Source: an uncultured Clostridia bacterium
GTDB taxonomy: Bacteria > Bacillota > Clostridia > Christensenellales > CAG-138
Assembly: GCA_937900325.1 (NCBI GenBank)
Contig: CALCEX010000118.1
Coordinates: 15,903-79,902 of the forward strand
Length of the DNA stretch: 64,000 nucleotides
Reading direction: 5' to 3'
In this document: positions 39,049 to 48,157 of the stretch, piece after piece
Layout of the letters: each line of letters opens with the position of its first letter
Position numbering within the stretch: the first letter of the stretch is position 1
Notes under the pieces: generated by a model
The model's database searches: none
Seen by the model: only the letters and a program-made list of their open reading frames with translations
What the model was told of the DNA's origin: nothing
Translations under genes and position numbers: made by a program

Positions 39049-40851
39049 ATGATGAAATTTGACCAGCGATACGAGAAATACAAAACCCCCTTCGGCGCGG
39101 TGGAAACGGGCCGCCCGGTGCGCTTCTTTATGGAGACCGACAGGGAGGACAGCAAAATAACGCTCAGGCTCTGGGTGGACGGAAGGGAAGAGCTGATCTC
39201 CGGAATACGGGAGGAGGGCGGCGTAAGCTTCAGCTATACTCCAAGCCACAGCGGAGTCGTATGGTACTGCTTTCTGATAGACGGCCCGGAGGGCAGGCGG
39301 TATTACAGCGGCACAGAGGGAGAGGGAAGCATATATGAGCGTCAGCCGGATTCCTACCAGCTGACGGTCTACGACCCCTATGAAACGCCGGACTGGTTTA
39401 AAAATACTATCGTTTACCAGATATTCCCGGACAGATTCAGAAGGCCGGGTGAAATACTTGGAACAGAGGAGCATACGCGGCTCTTCGGCGCGCCGAGGCT
39501 CCATCGGAACTGGAGCGACAGCCCGGACTATCTGCCCTTAAACGGGCAAAGGTACTATGTGCCGGAGGATTTTTTCGGCGGCAACCTGTACGGCGTAAAG
39601 GAAAAGCTGCCTTATTTGAAATCATTGGGCGTGGGATGCATATACCTCAACCCGGTATTCCTTTCCTCCACCAACCACCGCTACAACACGGCGGACTACA
39701 TGACGGTGGATCCCATGCTTGGGGGCGACAGGGCGTTAGCCGAGCTTGCATCGGCCGCCAAAGGCTATGGCATACGGCTCATGCTGGACGGCGTGTTTTC
39801 GCATACCGGCAGCGAAAGCGTATACTTCAGGGAAGCTCAGGGCGACCCCGATTCCCCCTACCGGGAATGGTACGACTTTACCGAGTATCCTGACAAATAC
39901 CGCTGCTGGTGGGGCTTTAAGACGCTGCCTGAGGTGAAGGAGCTTACTCCTTCATATATGGAATTCATAGGCGGCGTAATGGAAAAATACGCTAAGATGG
40001 GAATAACCTCATGGAGGCTGGACGTGGCGGACGAGCTGCCGGACGGCTTTATAGAGTTCCTGCGCAAAAAGCTCAAGAGCCTGGATCCCGAGGGAGTACT
40101 CCTGGGCGAGGTGTGGGAGGAGGCAACAAACAAGCAGGGCGCGGACGGCAGGCGTAAATATGTGGACGGGCACGAGCTGGACAGCGTGATGGATTACCCC
40201 TTCCGCAGGCTGCTTATAGATTTCTTCCTGGGAAGGATCGACGGCGAAGGGCTGTCAAGGGGATTGCTCCTTCTTATGGAAAACTACCCGCCGCAGTTTT
40301 ACGATAGCCTTCTCAACCTCATGGGCAGCCACGATGTGGTCAGGGCGATCACCGCGCTTTCGGGCGCGCCGGACAGGGATTCCCTTACGAGAGAGCAGCA
40401 GGCGGAGTATTCCCCGGCGCCTGAGCAGCTTGAGGCCGGCAAAAAGCGCTTTATGGCGGCTGCCGCGGTGCAGCATATGATGCCCGGAGCCCCCTGCCTC
40501 TACTATGGCGATGAGGCGGGGCTGACGGGAATGGCGGACCCCTTCAACCGGGGCGCGTACCCATGGGGCAAGGAGGATGCCGGGCTCATCGCATATTTCC
40601 GGAAGCTGGGAGAGCTGCATAAATACGCCAGAGGCGGCTGCGCCTTCGCGGGGCGCGGCGATGTGTTCGCGCTCTACCGGCCGGAGGCCGTATGCGTGGT
40701 AAACAGAAGCGGCGAGCCGGCGGCGGCCCGCTTTGGGAACGGGGATTTTTGCGGCAATACAGCCGCGGAGCTGGAAAACGGCCATATAGAAAGAGAGCTG
40801 CCCCCATACGGCGCGGCGATACTTATAAAAGGACAAGAGGAGCAGGCATAA
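39049..40851 (+). CDS. GH13 alpha-amylase-family enzyme with an N-terminal Ig-like domain (neopullulanase/cyclomaltodextrinase-like)
   Basis: Conserved regions DGVFSHTG, WRLDVADEL, LLGEVWE and GSHDVVR. Confidence 0.8.
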   Translation: MMKFDQRYEKYKTPFGAVETGRPVRFFMETDREDSKITLRLWVDGREELISGIREEGGVSFSYTPSHSGVVWYCFLIDGPEGRRYYSGTEGEGSIYERQPDSYQLTVYDPYETPDWFKNTIVYQIFPDRFRRPGEILGTEEHTRLFGAPRLHRNWSDSPDYLPLNGQRYYVPEDFFGGNLYGVKEKLPYLKSLGVGCIYLNPVFLSSTNHRYNTADYMTVDPMLGGDRALAELASAAKGYGIRLMLDGVFSHTGSESVYFREAQGDPDSPYREWYDFTEYPDKYRCWWGFKTLPEVKELTPSYMEFIGGVMEKYAKMGITSWRLDVADELPDGFIEFLRKKLKSLDPEGVLLGEVWEEATNKQGADGRRKYVDGHELDSVMDYPFRRLLIDFFLGRIDGEGLSRGLLLLMENYPPQFYDSLLNLMGSHDVVRAITALSGAPDRDSLTREQQAEYSPAPEQLEAGKKRFMAAAAVQHMMPGAPCLYYGDEAGLTGMADPFNRGAYPWGKEDAGLIAYFRKLGELHKYARGGCAFAGRGDVFALYRPEAVCVVNRSGEPAAARFGNGDFCGNTAAELENGHIERELPPYGAAILIKGQEEQA

Positions 40852-40852
40852 T

Positions 40853-41278
40853 ATGTTTAACAGGTGGTTTCAGGGAAGATACGGAGTGGATCAGCTGAGC
40901 AGGACGCTGATAATCGCTAGCCTTGCGGTATCCGTAATATCCTGGTTTTTCGGCAGGGCGCCGGCGGGGGTCTATTACGCGCTGCGCGGCATAACCCTGG
41001 CGCTTATCGCCTTTGCGCTTTTCCGTATGCTGAGCAAAAACTTTTACGCCCGGCAGCAGGAGCTGGCCCGGTATATGAAAATGGAGCGCAGCGTGCGCGG
41101 CTGGTGGCAGACGCTGCGAATCCGCCGGCAGAACTTTGTAAACATACAGAAGGAAAAGAGAAAGTACAAATACCTTACCTGCCCCCAGTGTATGCAGAAG
41201 CTCCGGGTGCCCAAGGGAAAGGGCAGGATAATAGTCACCTGCTCCAAGTGCGGCAACAGGTTTGAGGTAAAGAGCTGA
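40853..41278 (+). CDS. membrane-anchored zinc-ribbon protein, unknown function
   Basis: Two TM segments followed by CPQC...CSKC. AGGAGCAGG RBS. Confidence 0.5.
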   Translation: MFNRWFQGRYGVDQLSRTLIIASLAVSVISWFFGRAPAGVYYALRGITLALIAFALFRMLSKNFYARQQELARYMKMERSVRGWWQTLRIRRQNFVNIQKEKRKYKYLTCPQCMQKLRVPKGKGRIIVTCSKCGNRFEVKS

Positions 41279-41364
41279 ACTCGCCCCTGTAACATTCTGC
41301 CTGAATAGCGCCCCCCTGAAGGCGGCAAACTAAGGCTGACTAAAAAAACAGGAGGTACTTGGGA

Positions 41365-41535
41365 ATGTCAAAGGCAAAGAGCCAGACCATCGGCTGCCGT
41401 GTCACAAGCTGCGCATATAACAGGAGCGGATGCGGCTGCGAGCTGGAGCGCATCGAGGTCGAGCCCATGTGCGGCTGCCATACCGGCAGCGCCGCAGATG
41501 AGAGCCTGTGCGGAAGCTATAAGTGCAGGGACTGA
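41365..41535 (+). CDS. DUF1540 Cys-rich small protein (56 aa, below the ORF-track cutoff)
   Basis: AGGAGG 8 nt upstream. MSKAKSQTIGCRVTSCAYNRSGCGCELERIEVEPMCGCHTGSAADESLCGSYKCRD fits the C-x-V-x2-C-x-Y-N ... I-x-V pattern. Confidence 0.65.
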   Translation: MSKAKSQTIGCRVTSCAYNRSGCGCELERIEVEPMCGCHTGSAADESLCGSYKCRD

Positions 41536-41544
41536 AAGCAGACA

Positions 41545-41576
41545 GAAAAAAGGCGCGATTCCCGCGCCTTTTTTTA
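41545..41576. terminator. bidirectional terminator
   Basis: A6-GGCGCG-attcc-CGCGCC-T7. Confidence 0.85.
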
Positions 41577-41583
41577 ATTGCCG

Positions 41584-42735
41584 CTATTGCTCCTCCCTCT
41601 GGGCAAGGATGCGCTTTTCCTCCAGCCGGTTGTTCACCCATTCCCCCATAAGGGTATAAAGCACCGCCATGATGGGCACGCAGAGTATGGCGCCCATCAG
41701 GCCAAACAGGCGCGCGCCGAGCAGCACCGCTATCATTACCCAAAGGCCGGATATGCCCACCGCGTTTCCGACTACCCTTGGATATATCAGGTTGCCCTCT
41801 ATCTGCTGTATGGCCAGCACAAAAACTATGAACCACAGGGCGCGGGGCGGGTCCACCATGAATATTATGGAGAGGCCTATCGCGCCGGATACCCATGGGC
41901 CGACTATTGGCACCATCTGGGAAGCCCCTACTATAACGCTTATAAGCACCGCGAAGGGGAAGCCGAATATCTGCATGCCCATGAAGCACAGCGAGCCGAG
42001 TATGAAGCACTCTATTAGCATGCCGTATACATAATTATGCAGAGACCTGTTGGTGCGGGCGCATACATCCAGTATCCTTGCGGCATGCTGCTCGTTGAAC
42101 ACGGCCTTTACGAACTTGCGGCACTGGCGTATGAGGTTCTCTTTATTTGAAAGGGCGTATATGCTGATTATCAGCGCGAAGAGCAGATCCACGATCACGC
42201 CCAAGGTGTTTACGGTAAAGAGCAGCAGGCTGGAGGCAAGGCTGCTTACGAAGCCGTCCAGATCCTCCAGTATGTCCTCGGATATTTGGCTGACCTTCGC
42301 GGCTACATCCTCGTTGAGGTTCAACCTTTCCCATGCGTCGGTGCCCCATTTTATGAGGCTCTTGGAGTAGGAATCGTAGTTTTCCGCCAGCGATCTTATG
42401 CTTTCGGCCAGCTTGGGGCCAACTATCACTATCAGCACCGTGATTATGGAGAACACGAACAGCAGCGCCAGCAGCACGCATATTACCCGCTTGAGCTTTG
42501 AGGCGCGCCATTTTGAAAACAGCCTGTTTTCCAGAAAGCACATGGGCATATTGGCTATAAAGCTTATGGCCACGGCTATGAATATGGGGCTGATGGCGTC
42601 GAAAAAGTTGCTGATTGAGCTTTTTACGGCGGTCAGGTTTTCTATTATCTCATATAATATGACGCCGAAGGCCACTATGAAAACGTATCTTCTTGAGGAC
42701 TTCCAAAGGCCCTCCATATCCTGCTTATCCTTCAA
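41584..42735 (-). CDS. AI-2E (PerM/YtvI, UPF0118) family transporter
   Basis: 383 aa, about 8 TM helices, conserved ...QQIEGNLIYPRVVGNAVGISGLWV... segment. Confidence 0.8.
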   Translation of the reverse strand: MKDKQDMEGLWKSSRRYVFIVAFGVILYEIIENLTAVKSSISNFFDAISPIFIAVAISFIANMPMCFLENRLFSKWRASKLKRVICVLLALLFVFSIITVLIVIVGPKLAESIRSLAENYDSYSKSLIKWGTDAWERLNLNEDVAAKVSQISEDILEDLDGFVSSLASSLLLFTVNTLGVIVDLLFALIISIYALSNKENLIRQCRKFVKAVFNEQHAARILDVCARTNRSLHNYVYGMLIECFILGSLCFMGMQIFGFPFAVLISVIVGASQMVPIVGPWVSGAIGLSIIFMVDPPRALWFIVFVLAIQQIEGNLIYPRVVGNAVGISGLWVMIAVLLGARLFGLMGAILCVPIMAVLYTLMGEWVNNRLEEKRILAQREEQ

Positions 42736-43402
42736 GGCTATCCTCCGGAACTGATTTCTTCAGGGCCTCCTGCTTCGCCTCGCGGTCGAATTTTTCTGCA
42801 AGGAGCTTGGCGGAGATGTACGCGGAAATGGCGTCTATCGCCATGCGGTTCCTGCCGCCCCGCATTACGGCAAAGTCGGCCTCCCGAATGTATTTGCTTA
42901 TGTATTCCTCATACATGGGCTTTACTGTGGCCATGTACTGTTCAGCTATGTTTTCTATGGAACGGCCGCGGACCTGTATATCCCGCTTTATGCGCCTTAG
43001 CAGACAAACGTCCTTATCAACATGCATATAGACCTTCAGGCTCATCAGGTCGGTCAGGCGTTTTTCGCGGAACATATGTATGCCCTCGAGTATGAGCACG
43101 TCCATGGGCTGTATCAGCTCGTCGCTGTCCGCCCGCATATGCTTGGCGTAGTCGTAGCCCTTTCTGGTTATGGGGAGACCGCCCTGAAGGCGCTGTATGT
43201 CGGCATAAAGCTGGTCAAAGTCAAATATGTCCGGCTCGTCATAGTTTATATGTACCCGCTCCTCAAATGGCAGGTCGGAATGGTCCCTGTAATAGCAATC
43301 CAGACCGATTATTGCCGAGGTGCAGGTAAGGGAGTCCCTGATCTCCTTTGCGAGGGTGCTCTTGCCGCTGCCGCTGGCGCCGCATATGCCGACGATTATC
43401 AT
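42725..43402 (-). CDS. udk: uridine kinase
   Basis: MIIVGICGASGSGKSTLA P-loop and udk core. It has a C-terminal extension of about 20 aa. Confidence 0.88.
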   Translation of the reverse strand: MIIVGICGASGSGKSTLAKEIRDSLTCTSAIIGLDCYYRDHSDLPFEERVHINYDEPDIFDFDQLYADIQRLQGGLPITRKGYDYAKHMRADSDELIQPMDVLILEGIHMFREKRLTDLMSLKVYMHVDKDVCLLRRIKRDIQVRGRSIENIAEQYMATVKPMYEEYISKYIREADFAVMRGGRNRMAIDAISAYISAKLLAEKFDREAKQEALKKSVPEDSLEG

Positions 43403-43553
43403 GCTGTAAATCCTTCCCCAAATTATGCTTTTCTATTATTATAACCCCAAAAAGGGCAATTTGATAGACGCAAAATCCAAATTTGACCTGAAATGGCTGC
43501 AAACCACGTCCTGCTGCGGGTTTACGATTTGTTTGATTTTGCATTATAATATT

Positions 43554-43564
43554 TGTGCTATAAT
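43554..43564 (+). promoter_or_regulatory. extended -10 (TGTGcTATAAT) promoter of the P60 hydrolase gene
   Basis: TGTGCTATAAT lies 38 nt upstream of ATG 43602. The -35 is weak. Confidence 0.5.
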
Positions 43565-43601
43565 ATCTGAATAACCTTAACTATTCGGGAGACGCGGTCA
43601 A

Positions 43602-45269
43602 ATGAAAAGAAGCCGGGGCTTGTCAAACATAAAAACCATACTGAAAAATGCCTTCAGGAGGCTGAACCTGGGGCTGAGGCGCTTCAGCCGGCGCGGCGGC
43701 ATAGGCGGGGCCATAGGGCGGCTTGCCCTGAGCATAAGGCGGCGGGATAAGCGCGCCATAACGTCGCTGTGCGCATTTCTGGGCTGCCTCGTGCTGCTCA
43801 TAGCGGGCATATCCGTAATATCCAGCAACAGGCCCCAGCAGAGCATGCAGGGAGTAATAACCTCCTCCGCCGGCATAGTAGACCTTACGGGCGACTATGA
43901 GGACGTTCAGGCCGACAGGGAAGCCAGGGAGCTGGCGGCGGGGCCTACCCCAAAGCCGCTGTATTTCCAGCAGGGCTTTGAGGATGAGAACATAGCCGAA
44001 ATACAGCAGAGGCTGATGGACCTCGGCTATATGGACAACGACGAGCCTACCAACTACTACGGCCCGAACACGAAGGAGGCGGTGGAAATATTCCAGCGCC
44101 AGCACGGCGTTACGGTCACCGGCGTGGTGGACAGGGCCACCTATGAGAAGCTGTTCTCGGACGATGCGCTGACATATATGGCGGATATCGGCATAAGCGG
44201 CTCCGACGTGGAGGATATACAATCGAGACTGCGGGAGCTGGATTATCTGGATAAGGTCACGGGCTATTTCGGCGAGGAGACCGAGAAGGCGGTCATAGAG
44301 TTCCAGGAAAACAACCATCTGGACGTGGACGGCAAGGTGGGCTCGCAGACCCGCGAAATGCTATACAGCGAGGACGCGGTGCCAAAGAGCATTAAGTACG
44401 GCGAAAAGAGCGACGACGTGCTCCGCTACCAGAAGCGGCTGAATAAGCTGGGATACCTTTCCAGCACCCCGGACGGTACCTTCGGAAGGGATACCGTGAA
44501 CGCGGTAAAGAGCTTCCAGCGGCAGAACGGCCTTACGGTGGACGGCTACATAGGCCCCTCCACCAGGGAGCTGCTGATGAGCAGGAGCGCCAAGGCCAGC
44601 GTGATATCATTGGGAGAGACCAGCAGCAGCGTAACAAAGATACAGAAGCGGCTGAAGGAGCTCGGCTACCTCAAGAGCAGCGCCACGGGATACTTCGGCA
44701 CCTCGACCGAATCCGCCGTATCCGCCTTCCAGAAGCGCAACAAGCTGAGCTCCGACGGCAAGGTGGGCAAAGGCACAATGTCCGCACTGTTCTCAAGCAA
44801 GGCAAAGAAAGCGCCCAGCAACTATAAGCCCTCATCGGGCAGCTCGTCCGGCAGCTCATCCGGCAGCTCATCCGGCAGCTCGTCCGGCGCGCTCACCGGA
44901 ACCATGGGCAGCGTTGACAGGTTCATCTCCGCGGCCCGGAGCAAGATAGGCAGCCGTTACTCCAGGGGCGGCAAGGGCCCGGATAAGTTCGACTGCTCGG
45001 GCTTTGTATACTGGTGCCTGAGGCAGGCGGGGGTTAATCAGAAGTATCTCACCTCCTCGGGCTGGCGCAGCGTATCGGGCTACACTAAGGTCACATCCCT
45101 TTCCAGCCTGCAAAGAGGCGATATAATCGTATTCCGCGGCCATGTGGGAATAGCAATGGGAGACGGCACCATGATAGACGCCTCCAGCGGCAACGGCAGG
45201 GTAATCCACAGAAGCTGCATGGGCGACTGGTCCAAGCGCAACTTTATCTGCGCCTGGAGGATATTCTAA
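43602..45269 (+). CDS. cell-wall hydrolase: N-terminal TM anchor, about 5 PG_binding_1 repeats, Ser/Gly linker, C-terminal NlpC/P60 domain
   Basis: Repeated ...LGYL...DG.FG..T..AV..FQ..NGL..DG..G..T motifs. The C-terminal FDCSGFVYW...GHVGI carries the catalytic Cys and His. Confidence 0.85.
   Translation: MKRSRGLSNIKTILKNAFRRLNLGLRRFSRRGGIGGAIGRLALSIRRRDKRAITSLCAFLGCLVLLIAGISVISSNRPQQSMQGVITSSAGIVDLTGDYEDVQADREARELAAGPTPKPLYFQQGFEDENIAEIQQRLMDLGYMDNDEPTNYYGPNTKEAVEIFQRQHGVTVTGVVDRATYEKLFSDDALTYMADIGISGSDVEDIQSRLRELDYLDKVTGYFGEETEKAVIEFQENNHLDVDGKVGSQTREMLYSEDAVPKSIKYGEKSDDVLRYQKRLNKLGYLSSTPDGTFGRDTVNAVKSFQRQNGLTVDGYIGPSTRELLMSRSAKASVISLGETSSSVTKIQKRLKELGYLKSSATGYFGTSTESAVSAFQKRNKLSSDGKVGKGTMSALFSSKAKKAPSNYKPSSGSSSGSSSGSSSGSSSGALTGTMGSVDRFISAARSKIGSRYSRGGKGPDKFDCSGFVYWCLRQAGVNQKYLTSSGWRSVSGYTKVTSLSSLQRGDIIVFRGHVGIAMGDGTMIDASSGNGRVIHRSCMGDWSKRNFICAWRIF
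44838..44885 (+). repeat. 4 tandem copies of the 12-bp unit GGCAGCTC(G/A)TCC encoding (GSSS)n
   Basis: Read directly from the sequence. It forms the linker inside the P60 gene. Confidence 0.9.
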
Positions 45270-45288
45270 AGGGCGATCCGGGAGACAA

Positions 45289-45320
45289 TAAAAAAAGCGG
45301 CGTTTTGCCGCTTTTTTTTG
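45289..45320. terminator. bidirectional terminator
   Basis: A7-GCGGC-gtttt-GCCGC-T8. Confidence 0.85.
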
Positions 45321-45333
45321 ATGCTTATATGGT

Positions 45334-47172
45334 TTATTCCACCGTTACCGATTTGGCAAGGTTGCGGGGCTTATCGATATCGCAGCCCTTGAGCAGCGCC
45401 ACATAATAGGCGAAGAGCTGAAGGGGCAGTATCGCAAGCGAAGGCAGGACGAAGGGATCCGCCTTGGGTATCCACATGACCTGATCGGCTGTCTCCTTCA
45501 CGCCGGGCGTACCCTCGGCGGCAAGCGCCAGCACTACCGCGCCGCGGGCCTTTACCTCGCGCATATTGCTTATCATCTTTTCGGTCAGGGGGGCGTAGGT
45601 GCAGAGGGCTACCACCAGCGAGCCGGGCTCTATAAGCGAGATGGTGCCGTGCTTCAGCTCGCCCGCAGGGTACGCCTCGGAGAATATGTAGGATATTTCC
45701 TTTAGCTTGAGGGAGCCTTCCAGCGCCAGGGCGTGGTCTATGTTGCGGCCTATGAAGTATATGTTGCGGCAGCCGAAATAGAGCGACGCAAGATACTTGA
45801 TATGATCCGGCTTTTCAAGAAGGCCGCGCATAAGGGCTGGCAGCCCATCGATCGCGTCCAGGCAGCTTTTAAGCTCGCCGTCGCTCACCATGCTGCGGCA
45901 GCGGCCCATGTGCAGGGCAAGCAGATAGCATACGGAAAGCTGCGCGCTGTAAGCCTTTGTGGTGGCCACGGCTATCTCGGGGCCGGCCCAGGTATATATT
46001 ACGTCCTCGCTCTCGTTGGCGATGGTGCTGCCGACGACGTTCACTATGGACAGCACATGCGCGCCGCGCTTTTTTGCCTCGCGCAGGGCAAAGAGGGTAT
46101 CTATGGTCTCGCCGGACTGGCTTATGACTATGGCTATGGTCTTGCCGGTCACTATGGGGTCGGAATAACGGAACTCCGACGCCAGCTCCACTGTTACGGG
46201 TATCCGGGTGTAATGCTCGATGAAGTGCTTCGCCACCTGGCCCACATAGCTTGCCGAGCCGCAGGCAAGTATGAATATCCTGTCGCAGGCTGCTATGTCG
46301 TCAGGGGATATGTGGGTAAGCCCCAGCTCTATCCTGCCGTCCTTTATACGGGGGCGGACGGTGTTGCGTATCACATCGGGCTGCTCCATTATCTCCTTGA
46401 GCATGAAGTGGGGGTATCCGCCCTTTTCGGCGGCGTCCGCGTCCCATTGGATATGCTCGGTATTTTTGTGCAGCTCCTCGCCGTAGCGGTTGTATATCTT
46501 TACGCTTTCGGCGGTAAGCACGGCCATATCGTATTCGTCAAGGCGTATCACCTCGCGGGTGTGCTTGAGTATTGCGGGTACATCCGAGGCGATGAAGTTT
46601 TCGCCCTTGCCCACGCCTACTATAAGCGGGCTGTCCTTGCGCACGGCATAAAGGGTATCCGGATGACCGGCGAAGATTATGCCCAGGGCGAACGCGCCGG
46701 AGATAAGATTGATGGCCTCGCGAATGGCGGCCTCGGGGCCGTTCTGGCGGTTGCTGCGGTAAAAGTGCTCTACAAGGTCCGCGGCTATCTCGGTATCTGT
46801 TTCGGACACGAAGGAATAGCCCTGCTCGGTAAGAAAATCGCGGAGCTCCATGTAGTTTTCCACTATGCCGTTATGAACCAGAGCCACCTCGCCGTGCTGG
46901 CTGAGATGGGGGTGGGCGTTTACATCGTTGGGCTCCCCGTGGGTGGCCCAGCGGGTATGGCCTATGCCGAGGCAGCCGGGCAGCGACCTGCCGCCGTCCG
47001 TCATTTTTTCCAGCACGCTCAGCCGGCCCTTGGCCTTTACGACGCCAAGCTTATTGCCGTCCGCGACGGCTATGCCTGAGGAGTCATAGCCGCGGTACTC
47101 GAGCTTCCTGAGCGCCTCCAGTATGAGGGGCGCGGCCTGCTTGGAGCCTATATAGCCTACTATTCCACACAT
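45334..47172 (-). CDS. glmS: glutamine--fructose-6-phosphate aminotransferase
   Basis: MCGIVGYIG N-terminal nucleophile, tandem SIS domains, and a C-terminal ...LAKSVTVE. Confidence 0.96.
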   Translation of the reverse strand: MCGIVGYIGSKQAAPLILEALRKLEYRGYDSSGIAVADGNKLGVVKAKGRLSVLEKMTDGGRSLPGCLGIGHTRWATHGEPNDVNAHPHLSQHGEVALVHNGIVENYMELRDFLTEQGYSFVSETDTEIAADLVEHFYRSNRQNGPEAAIREAINLISGAFALGIIFAGHPDTLYAVRKDSPLIVGVGKGENFIASDVPAILKHTREVIRLDEYDMAVLTAESVKIYNRYGEELHKNTEHIQWDADAAEKGGYPHFMLKEIMEQPDVIRNTVRPRIKDGRIELGLTHISPDDIAACDRIFILACGSASYVGQVAKHFIEHYTRIPVTVELASEFRYSDPIVTGKTIAIVISQSGETIDTLFALREAKKRGAHVLSIVNVVGSTIANESEDVIYTWAGPEIAVATTKAYSAQLSVCYLLALHMGRCRSMVSDGELKSCLDAIDGLPALMRGLLEKPDHIKYLASLYFGCRNIYFIGRNIDHALALEGSLKLKEISYIFSEAYPAGELKHGTISLIEPGSLVVALCTYAPLTEKMISNMREVKARGAVVLALAAEGTPGVKETADQVMWIPKADPFVLPSLAILPLQLFAYYVALLKGCDIDKPRNLAKSVTVE

Positions 47173-47198
47173 TGATAAACTGTTTCTCCTTTGATGAA

Positions 47199-48119
47199 TT
47201 AGTCCCAGAGCTTTTCGGAGTATAGGCCCTGCGCCTTGATTTTCGCTATGCTCTCCATGACCGCAGGCTTATCCTCCTTGTATGTCACGCCGAACCATTT
47301 ATCCGGGCTCTCCTCGACCTTCACGCGGACCTTGCCGCGGGATATGAGGGTCTGCACGGCGTTGGGCAGAAGATCCTCGTATTTGGCGGGATCTTTACTT
47401 ATGCCCGCCTCAAAGTTGGCCGTGAATACATCCTCCAGCATGGGAAGTATATCCGGCTTGAAGCCCCAGCAGTTCATGGAGACGGGGGTGCCATCCGGAA
47501 GCTCGGTGAAGGTCCTGCCGTCATCCTCCGTAAAGGCTCCGCCGTGCTCCCGCTTGAATATCTTGCGCCGCTCCACTATATGGGTGAGGAGGCCATCGCT
47601 GTTCACCTCGCATATGCCCCGGGCGACGCTGCCGTTTTCGGTAAGGGTGTTTTCCAGCCTGTAACTTATCATAAGCTGCTCGTCCGAGGGAGTGTCTCCG
47701 GCGAGGAATTCGTAAAGCTGCTTAAAGGCGGTGGGGCCGTAATAGTCGTCGGAGTTTATGACGGCGAAGGGCCTGCCGCCTATCTCGTCCCTTGCGCACA
47801 GCAGGGCGTGGGTGGTGCCGAGGGGCTTTGTGCGGCCCGCAGGAGCCTTAAGCCCCCGGGGCAGCTTATCCATCTCCTGAAACGCGCACTTGACATTGGC
47901 GCGCCGGGATATCCTCGTGCCTATGGCGTCCATGAAGTCCCGCTCCATATCATGCTTGATTATGAATACAAGGTCGTGGAAGCCGGCGCGTATCGCGTCG
48001 TAGATCGAAAAGTCGATTATCAGGTTGCCCTCGGCGTCAATGGGGTCTATCTGCTTGAGTCCGCCGTAGCGGCTGCCCATGCCGGCGGCAAGCAATACGA
48101 GTACAGGCTGCTTTTTCAT
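47199..48119 (-). CDS. sugar-phosphate nucleotidyltransferase-like protein
   Basis: LLAAGMGSRYGGLKQ (GxGxR-type NTP-transferase loop). The start is 48119 (GGAGG upstream) or 48161. Confidence 0.6.
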   Translation of the reverse strand: MKKQPVLVLLAAGMGSRYGGLKQIDPIDAEGNLIIDFSIYDAIRAGFHDLVFIIKHDMERDFMDAIGTRISRRANVKCAFQEMDKLPRGLKAPAGRTKPLGTTHALLCARDEIGGRPFAVINSDDYYGPTAFKQLYEFLAGDTPSDEQLMISYRLENTLTENGSVARGICEVNSDGLLTHIVERRKIFKREHGGAFTEDDGRTFTELPDGTPVSMNCWGFKPDILPMLEDVFTANFEAGISKDPAKYEDLLPNAVQTLISRGKVRVKVEESPDKWFGVTYKEDKPAVMESIAKIKAQGLYSEKLWD

Positions 48120-48157
48120 TTGAATATTGACCTCCGTATGCGTATTTTTTATATGTA

